From a virus (Duplodnaviria; Caudoviricetes): DNA of 64,000 nt. The position numbers were made by a program, and so were the translations under genes. The notes beneath the pieces are model-generated. The model had not been told where the DNA came from. It was given only the letters and a program-made list of their open reading frames with translations, and ran no database searches. The stretch is taken from IMG/VR virus record IMGVR_UViG_3300012953_000012, positions 64,001 to 128,000 of that record; one strand, given 5' to 3'. This document shows positions 51,380 to 61,037 of the stretch, one piece after another; position 1 is the first letter of the stretch, and each line of letters opens with the position of its first letter.

Positions 51380-54300
51380 ATGTCACTACCGATCAAAATG
51401 GCTGCCGACCTGCTGCTGAACGTGAAGGACGTGGGCAAGGCACAGCGGGACATCGAGAACGCTGTGGGCGGCGCGGCGACACGAGGGTTGTCGAAGGCCA
51501 TCAAGACCTCGCAGAAGGAAATGAAGCGAGAGTACTCGACGGTCTACAGAGACATGCTGCAACTCGGCCACAAGGAACAAGCCCGGAACCTCAAAGAACA
51601 GTACAAGATGGCGAAGGAGCAGATCCTTGAAGAGGGCCGCATGGTCATGGCCCTCAACAAAAAGATCGCTGCGACAAAGGACAAAGCACAGAAGAAGTTG
51701 CTCAAAGATGAGCGTCGGGCGCTGGAAGCCAACATGAGGCGGCGGCAGACCGTAATGAGGGCCGACCTCCAGGAACAGGCGAACGCCCAGGCCAACCAGT
51801 TGAAGTTGCTGGAAGAGGGGATGGAAGCAGCAGCGGACGCCGCTGGGAAGAGACTCAGTGAGCACGCTGGGTCAGCCGCCGACAAGTTCGGGGACCTGGT
51901 GAACAAGGGCCTGACTCTCGACAGCCTCAACCCAGACGACCTCCTCAAGTCACTGGGGAGCGGGCTCAAAAATAACCAGGCCAACCTCATAGGCGGCGGC
52001 AAGGGTTTGATGGCCAGGGGCGCAAAGATGGGTGGTGGTATGGGCCGGGCCGTCGCCGGTCTCGGCAAGGCAGCCGCGATGCTTGGGGGGGCAGCCGCAG
52101 GCATCGCTGCCGCCACCGCTGGCATCGCTGCCCTCCTCGCGGTCGCCGCCGCAGCCTACGGCAAGACGAAGGCGTGGAACAAGGCCATCCTTCAGTCGAT
52201 CTCAGGGTTCGACGCCTTCAACACAGCCGCTGGTGATGTGGGCACCGCTCTCGACAACATGCGTACCGCTGTGAGTCGAGTCTCTCGGAGGTTCGCCACT
52301 GATGGGGAGGAGATCATCCAGATGCTGGGGGCCTTCAACCAGGCCGGGCTGACGGTCGGGGAGATGAAGGCTTTCTCAGGCGCGGGGCGGGAGGTCACGG
52401 CCTACACCCAGGTCTTGACCTTCGCCCAGCAGCAGACCAGAGCGTTCGGTATGGAGGCTGGGGAACTGGCAAGCCTGACGAACCGCATGTACGAGCAGTA
52501 CGGGTTCGGCCTCCGTGAGATGCGGGATGCCATGGAGTCGTTCGGCGGCGCAGCACAGATGGCAGGGATGAATAGCCGCTCCTTCGTGGCAGCCATCATG
52601 GAAGCCACGGCGAACATGGCCCTTTACAACTTCCGGCTCCAGGACACGAGCGAGTTGCTGGTTGGCTTGACCAAACTCCTCGGTGAGGACCTGGCGAAGT
52701 CCACCTTGAACATGGAAGGCACCTTCCGAAACATGGGCCTCCAGGGCCGCTACAAAGCCACCATGACAGGAGGGTCGGCCCTCGGGGATGTCATCGACGC
52801 AGGGGCGACCCGGCAGTTGGAGGGGGCTTTCAACGACATGACGCGAAAGCAACTCATGGTCCTGCGGGATGCGGGGATCGTCGGCAGGAGGCGGTTCGAT
52901 CCTACGACAGGCGAGGCTATGCCGATCACCATCGAGGACATCGACCTGGATAAACTCGGAGGGCTCACAGGCATCCAGTCCGGCACCATCATGAACGAAA
53001 TGTCGGCGGTGGGGGACGCCATGACTGGCTTTGAGGCGTTGACGGACCTCGCCGCAGGCATCGGAGGCAGCACCCTGGAGCGGGCGGACGCTCTGGACGA
53101 ACTCGACCGCCCTGGAGAGATTGCCGCGACGGTAGCACAGGCGATGGGTGTCCTTGACTTCAAGGACTTTGAGAGCATGGGCGCTGGCGGGCGTATGGCC
53201 CTGGAGGAAATGACGGGCCTTCAGGGAGAACAACTGCGGGTCATGGAGACCATCTTCAACCGGGTCGGCGCACAGATGGCCACCGATGATCCCAGCAAGT
53301 ACGGGCCAGACGGTCCTCGGGCTGCCGAGATTGCGGCAGCCATCGCCGGGGGTGACGGACTCCTCACCAGCGAAGAAAAGGACGCCCTGTCGAATGATCC
53401 TGCCAAGAAGGCAGCGGACATCGCCCAGCAGCAACTGAACGAACTCCAGACCATCGGGGATGTCCTGGGCACCAACATCAGTGGCCTGCTCAACTGGATC
53501 GGTGGTGGGGTCACCACGATGGTGGATGGGTTCCTCGGCTGGTGGGGCGGCGGGAGGTCCGCAGAAGACGCTGCCATCAGTCAGTCGGCGGTCCACGAGA
53601 AAGAACTCATCGACCAAGCGATGGAGATCCAAAAGTTGATCCGAGAGGTCGAGCGGGACGCGGACATGACCGAAGGGGACAAGGAGACCGCAATCGCACA
53701 ACTTGGGCGGCATCTGGAGACCATCGACAACCAGCGGGAGGCCGAGGCGGACTTCCAGTCCGATCTGGCCGCTGGGGCGACCTTCACGGAGGCCGGTGAA
53801 GAGCGGCTCATGTCGATGTTCGGAGGGGAGGAGGGGCTCAAGAACGCCCTGCAAACTGCTGCCCTCGGCGCGGTCAAAGAGAACGGCAGCCTGTTCGTCA
53901 CAAACGCCATTGACGAAGACTCTGTCATGGCACAGACAATGGGTCAGGAGTACGCCCAGGACATCGCCAGGGGCGACTTTGACCTGGACACGGCGCTGGG
54001 TGAACTTAGCGGCGGCGACTACCAGGCACTCGCGGAACTTCTCGGAGCACAACAGAATCAGAACGACGCACTGCTCAACGAAGCCGAGAGCCTGGAGACG
54101 AACTCCTACGAAGCCCTGGAGATGGCCCAAGGCCATCACAATGATCTCGTAGCGGAACTTGAGCACCTTGAGAAAGCACGACACAGGGACAGTGGGCGCA
54201 TCGAGGGTGTCCTGGAGGAGATCGACGAATCCAACGCGGAGATTGCGAAGTACCAACGGCTCACCCAGATGTCCGACGACTACTCAATGCTCAGGGAAGC

Positions 54301-54703
54301 CTTAGGATCGGACGGGAACTTCAGCGCGGCGATGGAGCGAATCAAGTCGAGCGGGACCACCACGTTGGCAGAGGGCAAACTTGACCGCTACACGCTCGCC
54401 CGCTTGCAGGCTTACCAGACTGGTGATTGGGACCACTATAACCGCATGGTCTCGTCAGACGCATACCTCACCGCACCGCAGGCGAATGACTTCCTCTACC
54501 AGGGCAACAGGTACGGCGGGACGATCACCCCCCTCAATAGCGCAGACGCATTCCTCGGCATGAAACCTGACGGGGTCCTTGACCGATTCGGCGGTGGCGG
54601 GGGTCGGCCAATCAACATGACCGTGAACATCACCGAGTCCAACGACCCTCAGAAGACACTCCAGATGGTCAAGCGAGCCATTCAAGCAGCGGAAAGGAGG
54701 TAG
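51380..54703 (+). CDS. Tail tape measure protein
   Basis: 1107 aa, helical, Ala/Gly-rich hydrophobic patch (AAMLGGAAAGIAAATAGIAALLAVAAAA), canonical position. Confidence 0.85.
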   Translation: MSLPIKMAADLLLNVKDVGKAQRDIENAVGGAATRGLSKAIKTSQKEMKREYSTVYRDMLQLGHKEQARNLKEQYKMAKEQILEEGRMVMALNKKIAATKDKAQKKLLKDERRALEANMRRRQTVMRADLQEQANAQANQLKLLEEGMEAAADAAGKRLSEHAGSAADKFGDLVNKGLTLDSLNPDDLLKSLGSGLKNNQANLIGGGKGLMARGAKMGGGMGRAVAGLGKAAAMLGGAAAGIAAATAGIAALLAVAAAAYGKTKAWNKAILQSISGFDAFNTAAGDVGTALDNMRTAVSRVSRRFATDGEEIIQMLGAFNQAGLTVGEMKAFSGAGREVTAYTQVLTFAQQQTRAFGMEAGELASLTNRMYEQYGFGLREMRDAMESFGGAAQMAGMNSRSFVAAIMEATANMALYNFRLQDTSELLVGLTKLLGEDLAKSTLNMEGTFRNMGLQGRYKATMTGGSALGDVIDAGATRQLEGAFNDMTRKQLMVLRDAGIVGRRRFDPTTGEAMPITIEDIDLDKLGGLTGIQSGTIMNEMSAVGDAMTGFEALTDLAAGIGGSTLERADALDELDRPGEIAATVAQAMGVLDFKDFESMGAGGRMALEEMTGLQGEQLRVMETIFNRVGAQMATDDPSKYGPDGPRAAEIAAAIAGGDGLLTSEEKDALSNDPAKKAADIAQQQLNELQTIGDVLGTNISGLLNWIGGGVTTMVDGFLGWWGGGRSAEDAAISQSAVHEKELIDQAMEIQKLIREVERDADMTEGDKETAIAQLGRHLETIDNQREAEADFQSDLAAGATFTEAGEERLMSMFGGEEGLKNALQTAALGAVKENGSLFVTNAIDEDSVMAQTMGQEYAQDIARGDFDLDTALGELSGGDYQALAELLGAQQNQNDALLNEAESLETNSYEALEMAQGHHNDLVAELEHLEKARHRDSGRIEGVLEEIDESNAEIAKYQRLTQMSDDYSMLREALGSDGNFSAAMERIKSSGTTTLAEGKLDRYTLARLQAYQTGDWDHYNRMVSSDAYLTAPQANDFLYQGNRYGGTITPLNSADAFLGMKPDGVLDRFGGGGGRPINMTVNITESNDPQKTLQMVKRAIQAAERR

Positions 54704-54706
54704 TAG

Positions 54707-55324
54707 ATGGCGCGTGGAACCCCACTATTCTCAGGGGCCTTCCCTGCCGGGGCAGAGGACGAGTTTTCAGGCCGTGGGGTCAGGCCGGTGGTCTTTGACA
54801 TCATCGCGCCGGATGGGGTCACGAGCATCCTGCCGGACAACCTGAAACTGGTCCTGCACACAAACCCTAAGAGCATGAAGGTCTCCTACGAGAAGGTCAT
54901 CGAACGCACGCAGACCAAGAGCGGGTTCGTCGAGCAGCATTGGGGTGACGGCACGTCGAGCATCGACTTCGACATGGCGACCGGTGGCTTCATGCGGCTG
55001 TACTCGGGCCTGGCGAACAACACGTCACCCGAGATGACGGAGGGGACCCGGCGCGAGACCCTGGCCTACGACTCGTATCTGGACATCCTCGCCCTGTTCC
55101 ACAACAACGGCTCGGTCTACGACATCAACGGCCAGGTCGCCCTGCAAGGCAAGATCCAGATCACGTTCGATGGGGGGATCTACCTCGGCTGGTTCAACGA
55201 CTTCACTGTGACGGAGTCGGTTCAGAACCCCTATCAGTTCACGATGACCACCACGTTTGAGGTCTCAAAGGAGATCCAGTCCTGGAGAACCGCCGTGACC
55301 ACCACCAACCCCTTTGCACTGTGA
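54707..55324 (+). CDS. Tail tube initiator-like baseplate protein
   Basis: LHTNPKSMKVSYEKVIERTQTKSGFVEQHWG, tube-fold initiator pattern. Confidence 0.6.
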   Translation: MARGTPLFSGAFPAGAEDEFSGRGVRPVVFDIIAPDGVTSILPDNLKLVLHTNPKSMKVSYEKVIERTQTKSGFVEQHWGDGTSSIDFDMATGGFMRLYSGLANNTSPEMTEGTRRETLAYDSYLDILALFHNNGSVYDINGQVALQGKIQITFDGGIYLGWFNDFTVTESVQNPYQFTMTTTFEVSKEIQSWRTAVTTTNPFAL

Positions 55325-55332
55325 GGTGAGTG

Positions 55333-56634
55333 ATGGCTGACGGACTTTTCCCTGCCCCCAACAACCAAAAGACCTCTGAAGCCAGCGCCGAGAGCGAGTA
55401 CATCGCGAGCCGCCTGGACGGCCTCCCTGTCGGCCCCTCCCTCTCCTACACGTTTGAGTCCCAAGCGAGCGTGCCTTACGACGGCACGAACCAGATGGCG
55501 CGGAGGTTGTCGCCATTCACCTTGCGGCTCGTGGTCCCAGAGGCGTTGGTCCCCCCCGACAGCGAGGTGGACGTGAACCTCATCGGCAGGGGGTCGAGCA
55601 CAGTCTCAGAAAACAACGCGCTGGCGAACGAACTCCGTCAGGCCATCGGTCAACGGCTGCTTTTCAACACTCAAGCAGGGGAAGGGCGGCTGACACAACT
55701 CAACTCCACCCTATCGGCGGGACGGGTGCTCCAGACAACCATGGGCACCGACAGCCGATCTGTGCTCGCAGACAACGTGACGGTGGCCGACATTCTGTAC
55801 CAGGTGGAGAAGTTGCTCCAGACACCGCCGCTCACCCTGTTCGTCAACCCCTCAGACCTGTCCATCTCCTACACCAGCATCCAGCAGTACAGCCAACGCA
55901 CCCGGTGGGGGAAGGTCTTTGAGCGGTGGGGTGAGGGGCAGCCCACGTTGTCCATCTCGGGATCAACGGGAGCCTGGTGTGCGGGGCAGGACCCCAGCGC
56001 AGCGATGGGGTTCCCAAGCCAGGGTGGGGAGAACCACGTCGCTACCGGTGTGCAGTTTGCCACGAAGCGCGACTCCGCAGCGTTCCAGCAGTTCATGTCG
56101 CTGTACCACTTCTACCGGAACAACGGCTACATCTACGACACCGTCGAGGGGTCTGAGGCCCACCTGTTCATCGGTGCCGTGGCCATCGACTACGACCAGA
56201 TGACCTACATCGGAAACATCGACTCATTCTCATACTCCTACGAGGAGACTGACTCACACCGAATCCAGTGGGAGATGGCCTTCACCGTAGGGCGCATGTA
56301 CGACCACGCTGAGTCTCCCTTCGTAGTGCTCCCGGAGTCGTCGCCAAGCGTGACCCCAGGATCGCTCTCCACCGACGAGTTGATGCGGGAGATGGCAGGT
56401 ACACCGAGCCGCACTGACATCTCAGATGCGGGCATCGGAGCACAACTGCTGGGAATCTCAGGCACGCAACAGTTCACAGGTGGGATCACGGGCGAGTCCA
56501 CCGACGAAGAAATCGAGGCTCAGTTGACCCAGCAGTTGGCCGAGGACAAGAAGAACGACCCGGACCCGGACAGCACCACACCTTTGGAGGCGTTGGGAGC
56601 CTTCTTCACCCCCAGCGGTATGTTTGAACCATGA
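55333..56634 (+). CDS. Second tail tube initiator-like protein (paralogue of 54707)
   Basis: LFVNPSDLSISY...RTRWGKVFERWGE; FYRNNGYIYD parallels FHNNGSVYD. Confidence 0.6.
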   Translation: MADGLFPAPNNQKTSEASAESEYIASRLDGLPVGPSLSYTFESQASVPYDGTNQMARRLSPFTLRLVVPEALVPPDSEVDVNLIGRGSSTVSENNALANELRQAIGQRLLFNTQAGEGRLTQLNSTLSAGRVLQTTMGTDSRSVLADNVTVADILYQVEKLLQTPPLTLFVNPSDLSISYTSIQQYSQRTRWGKVFERWGEGQPTLSISGSTGAWCAGQDPSAAMGFPSQGGENHVATGVQFATKRDSAAFQQFMSLYHFYRNNGYIYDTVEGSEAHLFIGAVAIDYDQMTYIGNIDSFSYSYEETDSHRIQWEMAFTVGRMYDHAESPFVVLPESSPSVTPGSLSTDELMREMAGTPSRTDISDAGIGAQLLGISGTQQFTGGITGESTDEEIEAQLTQQLAEDKKNDPDPDSTTPLEALGAFFTPSGMFEP

Positions 56635-59600
56635 GCATCAAGAACCGACCGTACACCGGCACCTGGGAAATGGGCCGTCAGACCGTCGTGCGGTACACAC
56701 CGGACGCGAAGGTGCTGATCAACGGCCACACGGAGTTGGCTGTTTGCGCGACCTGCGGGGACAAGACCGACTTCAACAAGTACATCACGACCATCTCGTG
56801 TGACGTGAGCACTGACCCCATCAGCACCGCGAGCCTGACCCTGGCGGTCCCCCGGCACGAAGCGGAGGTCTTCTCGCACGACGGCAACTACGTCCTGCAC
56901 CCCGGCCTTGAGGTCGTGATCCTCATGCGCGGCTACTTCCCGGTCACGGGCTACGCCATGAAGGGACAGGAGGGGGCAGACACAAACGCATTCACATCGG
57001 ACCCCGACGCCGTTCCGGTCTACCCCTACTACCAGGTCTTCCGTGGGGTCACGACCGAAGTGACTCACGAGTACAGCGGGGGTTTCTACACGGCGTCGAT
57101 CACCTGCTCCAGCATCCTCCACTTCTGGCAGTACCTCTACGTCGCTACCAACGGCAGCGTGTTCGGGACCGCTCCCGATGGGGACAAGGCCGGGATCGAC
57201 TTGCGGGGTCACACGTTCACGGGGATGTCCCCCTACGGGATCATCTACACCTTGATGCGGATCGGGTTCGGTGCGGCCTTCGGGCAGAACTGGACCATCT
57301 CTCAGGCAACCAACCTCGCTGCTGTGGACGAGACCTCAGGCAAGAGCCTCTACAAGCACGCCGCGTTGTGGTGGGAAAAGCGGTGGGCTGAGTCCTCGAT
57401 GCGGCTTCGCATGTACGGCATGGATGGAAGCCTGTTCAACGCCATGGAGCAGTCCTACCTGGGGATGTTCGACAAGCAAGGCACGACGGTCGGCGACTTC
57501 ATTCAGGGGTTCAACGTGGAGACCCCCGAGGGCTACAACCCCAACGCCACGGCTTCGCGTGAGGCTGCGGCACGGGCGGTGGGATACCGAGGCACTGAAA
57601 CCACCGCTGCGGCTCTGGATGATGGCGGCAGCGCGTTGGACGCCATGAAGATGCAGGCGTACACGCTCGATCTGGGTCGGCTGGGGTCGGTCAACTTCTT
57701 CGACTCGGAGTACATGTCGAAGTTGGAGATTGCCAACGCCGTCAAGCAGATCTGCGGCTACGAGTTTTACCAGGATGTCGATGGGGACGTTGTTTTCAAG
57801 CCCCCTTTCTACAACCTGGACACCAGTACCGATGAGGTCTACTGCATCCGGGATCGGGACCTGATCTCGTGCTCGGAGAGCGAACGCGAACCCGAGGCCA
57901 CCTATGTCAAAGGCTCCGGGTCACTGTTCCAGAACTTTCAAGGCATCCTGTCCGGTGAGTTCGGCACCCGCGAAGGCAAGTTTGCAGACTGGCGGTTGAT
58001 CGCTCAGTACGGGTGGCGCGAGACCTCGTTTGAAAGCCACTACTACTCAGGCAGCAAGCAGATGTTCATCGGGGCGATCATTCGCCTCGACACCGCGAAC
58101 GCGGAGATGCGGTCGGCTCAGATCACGATCCCCATGCGCCCGGAGTTGCGCCCTGGCTACCCGGTGTGGATCGAACACCTGGACTGCTTCTTCTACATCA
58201 AGTCCCTTAGCCACTCATTCGCACCCGGCGCGTCGGCGCAGACGACCATCACGGGTGTGGCGAAGCGGGCGAAGTGGCTCCCTCCCGGCTTCCCGGATCG
58301 CAGCGAGGGGTCAGGTAGTCAAGCACTCCCATCGCTGGAGGACATGCGCCTGGACGCGCCTGGTGAGTACCCGCCGATGCCCTTGTATGTCTTCCCGGAA
58401 GACATCGAGGGGTACGAGGGAGGTGCGTCAGGCCCTCCTCGGGTCATGGGGTTGCCCAACGTCGTGATGGCGTTGGACACAGAAAAGATCAACCCGGCCT
58501 TGATGCCTGGCGGGGTGTACTTCACGAACGGCCAGACCTACTTCGACACGGCTCTGACCCTGGGTGTACTGCGACGTGACCCCGACTCTGAGGGGACCTC
58601 TCCGCAGTACCGACTGGCTCTGGACAACGACCCAGCCCACGACAAGATCGTCTCTGAGGCTGAAGTGGTCTCGGCATTCGACCAGTATGCCGAAGCAATC
58701 CAGACCCTCAACGTCAGTGAGCAACTGGACAGGATGGAGGCGTTGAAGACCTCCTCCGAGTTCGGTGCGTTGGTTGTGGCAGTCGAATCAAGGCTACAGA
58801 ACGCCATCCCCGACCGTATGCACCTGAACAACTGGCTGGGCCTCCAGCGCAACATGAAGAACGTCTTCGGTGCGGGCAAGGCAAAGGGCGAGTACCGCTA
58901 CTTCTCATCCTCGGCCCCCAGGGAGGAGGACCAGTCTCCCTCGACCGTGACGGTCAACGGTGAGACGGGTGAGGTCGTCAAGGAGTACCCAGGTGGCCCT
59001 GTGGACGCCAACTTCACTGGGCTGACAACCCTCTACCAGAAGGGCGACCGCATTGGCGTGAAGGCAGGGATGCCCACGCGGGGTTTCCGAGTCTACGGCT
59101 TCAACCCTCCTGGAGAGGACGAAGAAGACTCCACGGCTCTCGGGCACGTTGATGTCACTTCCCGCGAGATCAGGTTCATCACCTTCCAGAAGATCACCAT
59201 TCGGGTGCCGGTGACCAAACAGAGCATGGGGGCGAACGGGCGGTTGGCCTTGACGCTGGCTCAGGAGGCGATGGAGGTGCTGTTCCAGGAGATCCTTGTG
59301 GGTGACGCCGTCAAGGAACCACTCACCGAATCAGTCTCCAACCGGTTTGGTGCAGACACAAGCCAGAGCGAGGTGGGGTACGGGCTGATCTGGAACGCCA
59401 TCAACGACCTGGCCTCCTCCCTCGGAGTGACGAGTGCCATCATTGACGGTGTGAACCTCTGGGGGGCGACGAACGGTCCTGCCCTGGGATCACCCCTCGA
59501 CCCTCCCGGCGATCTGTCAGATTTCTCCAACTCCTTCCTGCCCTTCACCCGGTCGGTCCAGACGGCACCGGAAGGCGAGGCAAGGCAGGTTTACTACATC

Positions 59601-61037
59601 TACCCCAATATCTACGCCATGGGGTCCAACGTCGTCACCCACCCCAACGCCGGACGCGAAGCCGAACCTGCGTACTTCTCGGGTGCCCAGGCTTACGACG
59701 TCCGAAATGTGCCCCTGGTCAGAAGGACTCGCACCGTCAGGACAGACCCCACCTACGGGCGGACGAACATCGAGAAGAACCTGGACGGCCCCGTGGGGGC
59801 GTTGGACGGTGAGACCGGTCTGACCAACATGGCAGATGTCCAGGGAGTCACGGCACTTGCCCAGAGGGTCGCGGCGACCATGGCGGCCCACTTCAACGCT
59901 GTGCAGTTGTACTGGACTCAGCAAGAACCTACTGACGACGAAGGTGAGCCGATCACCGATCCGACTGCCGACGAGCGGGCAGCCTTCAGCACCTTCATCG
60001 AGGCTGTCACCGAGAACCACGACTTTGAGGTGAACAACACCAACGGATCCACCACGGTCCTAACCAACCAGTACAATGAGACCGGGGACTACAACACAGT
60101 CCTGCCGGTGTCGGACAACCGAGGCTACGAGGTCTACGGAACGCTGGCCTATGGGCGTGGCATGAACATCGAGTCCTACAAGAAACTGCTGGAGGTAGGG
60201 GGGTCCCCAACCGACACCGCCTCCATGCTTGCCGTGGAGAGATTCTTCGCAACGGTCATCGCCACTCAGGACAACAGCCTCCCCAACGCCCTGGAGGCCA
60301 TGACCCCCGAAGCACGGGCCGAGTTGGCGGCTGCGTTGGAGTTGGACGACGACGGAGAACTCGGGGATGCTTTGCAAGCCCTGGCGGAAGACTCCGACTC
60401 AGCCTCCATCTTCGTGAGGAACACGCCGGTCACTACCGCAAGCAGGGGACAGTCCACCACCTTCGCCATCAGCGCAGATGAGTTGGCTGCCCTCACCACG
60501 AGCGACACGACCATCTGTTTGTGCAAGGGGACCGAGAACTCCCATTGGATTCAGGCGTTCACAGGTGAGTTTGTGGAGTTGCGTGGGGACGAGGCCGTCA
60601 ACGAGTTCCTGATCGGAGACGCCGAAGCAGCAGCGGAGGACTACACCGTCACGAAGCAGGCGCTGGCCGGTGAGATGATGGACCTCTCCACTGGGAACAA
60701 GTTGGCTGAGACCATCCAGGGTGCGAAGAACGCGGTCAACAGCCTCGGCAACACACTCACTTCGGCAGGGCAGGAGATTGAGCGTCAGTGGACCGAAGCC
60801 ATTGACGACATCCGACGTGATGCTGAGTCCGTGGGTGATCTCATTGACCAGGCACGGGACGCGGAATCCCTGGCCGACTTCAACGAGAGTGCAGCGCCTC
60901 GGTCGGAGTCTCAGGGAACACGAGAGGACGAGCAAGCGAGAGAGGAAGCCGCTGAGGATGACCTGACCCAGTCTACGTCGTCCTACCCCCCTCTCCCTTT
61001 CTGGGACGTAGCAGATAGCGAGGAGGACGACACATGA
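56631..61037 (+). CDS. Large baseplate hub protein (gp27/VgrG-like N-terminal region)
   Basis: ITTISC..S...TASLTL, SKLEIANAVKQICGYEFYQDVDGDVVFKPP, PMRPELRPG..V; position after initiators. Confidence 0.7.
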   Translation: MSIKNRPYTGTWEMGRQTVVRYTPDAKVLINGHTELAVCATCGDKTDFNKYITTISCDVSTDPISTASLTLAVPRHEAEVFSHDGNYVLHPGLEVVILMRGYFPVTGYAMKGQEGADTNAFTSDPDAVPVYPYYQVFRGVTTEVTHEYSGGFYTASITCSSILHFWQYLYVATNGSVFGTAPDGDKAGIDLRGHTFTGMSPYGIIYTLMRIGFGAAFGQNWTISQATNLAAVDETSGKSLYKHAALWWEKRWAESSMRLRMYGMDGSLFNAMEQSYLGMFDKQGTTVGDFIQGFNVETPEGYNPNATASREAAARAVGYRGTETTAAALDDGGSALDAMKMQAYTLDLGRLGSVNFFDSEYMSKLEIANAVKQICGYEFYQDVDGDVVFKPPFYNLDTSTDEVYCIRDRDLISCSESEREPEATYVKGSGSLFQNFQGILSGEFGTREGKFADWRLIAQYGWRETSFESHYYSGSKQMFIGAIIRLDTANAEMRSAQITIPMRPELRPGYPVWIEHLDCFFYIKSLSHSFAPGASAQTTITGVAKRAKWLPPGFPDRSEGSGSQALPSLEDMRLDAPGEYPPMPLYVFPEDIEGYEGGASGPPRVMGLPNVVMALDTEKINPALMPGGVYFTNGQTYFDTALTLGVLRRDPDSEGTSPQYRLALDNDPAHDKIVSEAEVVSAFDQYAEAIQTLNVSEQLDRMEALKTSSEFGALVVAVESRLQNAIPDRMHLNNWLGLQRNMKNVFGAGKAKGEYRYFSSSAPREEDQSPSTVTVNGETGEVVKEYPGGPVDANFTGLTTLYQKGDRIGVKAGMPTRGFRVYGFNPPGEDEEDSTALGHVDVTSREIRFITFQKITIRVPVTKQSMGANGRLALTLAQEAMEVLFQEILVGDAVKEPLTESVSNRFGADTSQSEVGYGLIWNAINDLASSLGVTSAIIDGVNLWGATNGPALGSPLDPPGDLSDFSNSFLPFTRSVQTAPEGEARQVYYIYPNIYAMGSNVVTHPNAGREAEPAYFSGAQAYDVRNVPLVRRTRTVRTDPTYGRTNIEKNLDGPVGALDGETGLTNMADVQGVTALAQRVAATMAAHFNAVQLYWTQQEPTDDEGEPITDPTADERAAFSTFIEAVTENHDFEVNNTNGSTTVLTNQYNETGDYNTVLPVSDNRGYEVYGTLAYGRGMNIESYKKLLEVGGSPTDTASMLAVERFFATVIATQDNSLPNALEAMTPEARAELAAALELDDDGELGDALQALAEDSDSASIFVRNTPVTTASRGQSTTFAISADELAALTTSDTTICLCKGTENSHWIQAFTGEFVELRGDEAVNEFLIGDAEAAAEDYTVTKQALAGEMMDLSTGNKLAETIQGAKNAVNSLGNTLTSAGQEIERQWTEAIDDIRRDAESVGDLIDQARDAESLADFNESAAPRSESQGTREDEQAREEAAEDDLTQSTSSYPPLPFWDVADSEEDDT

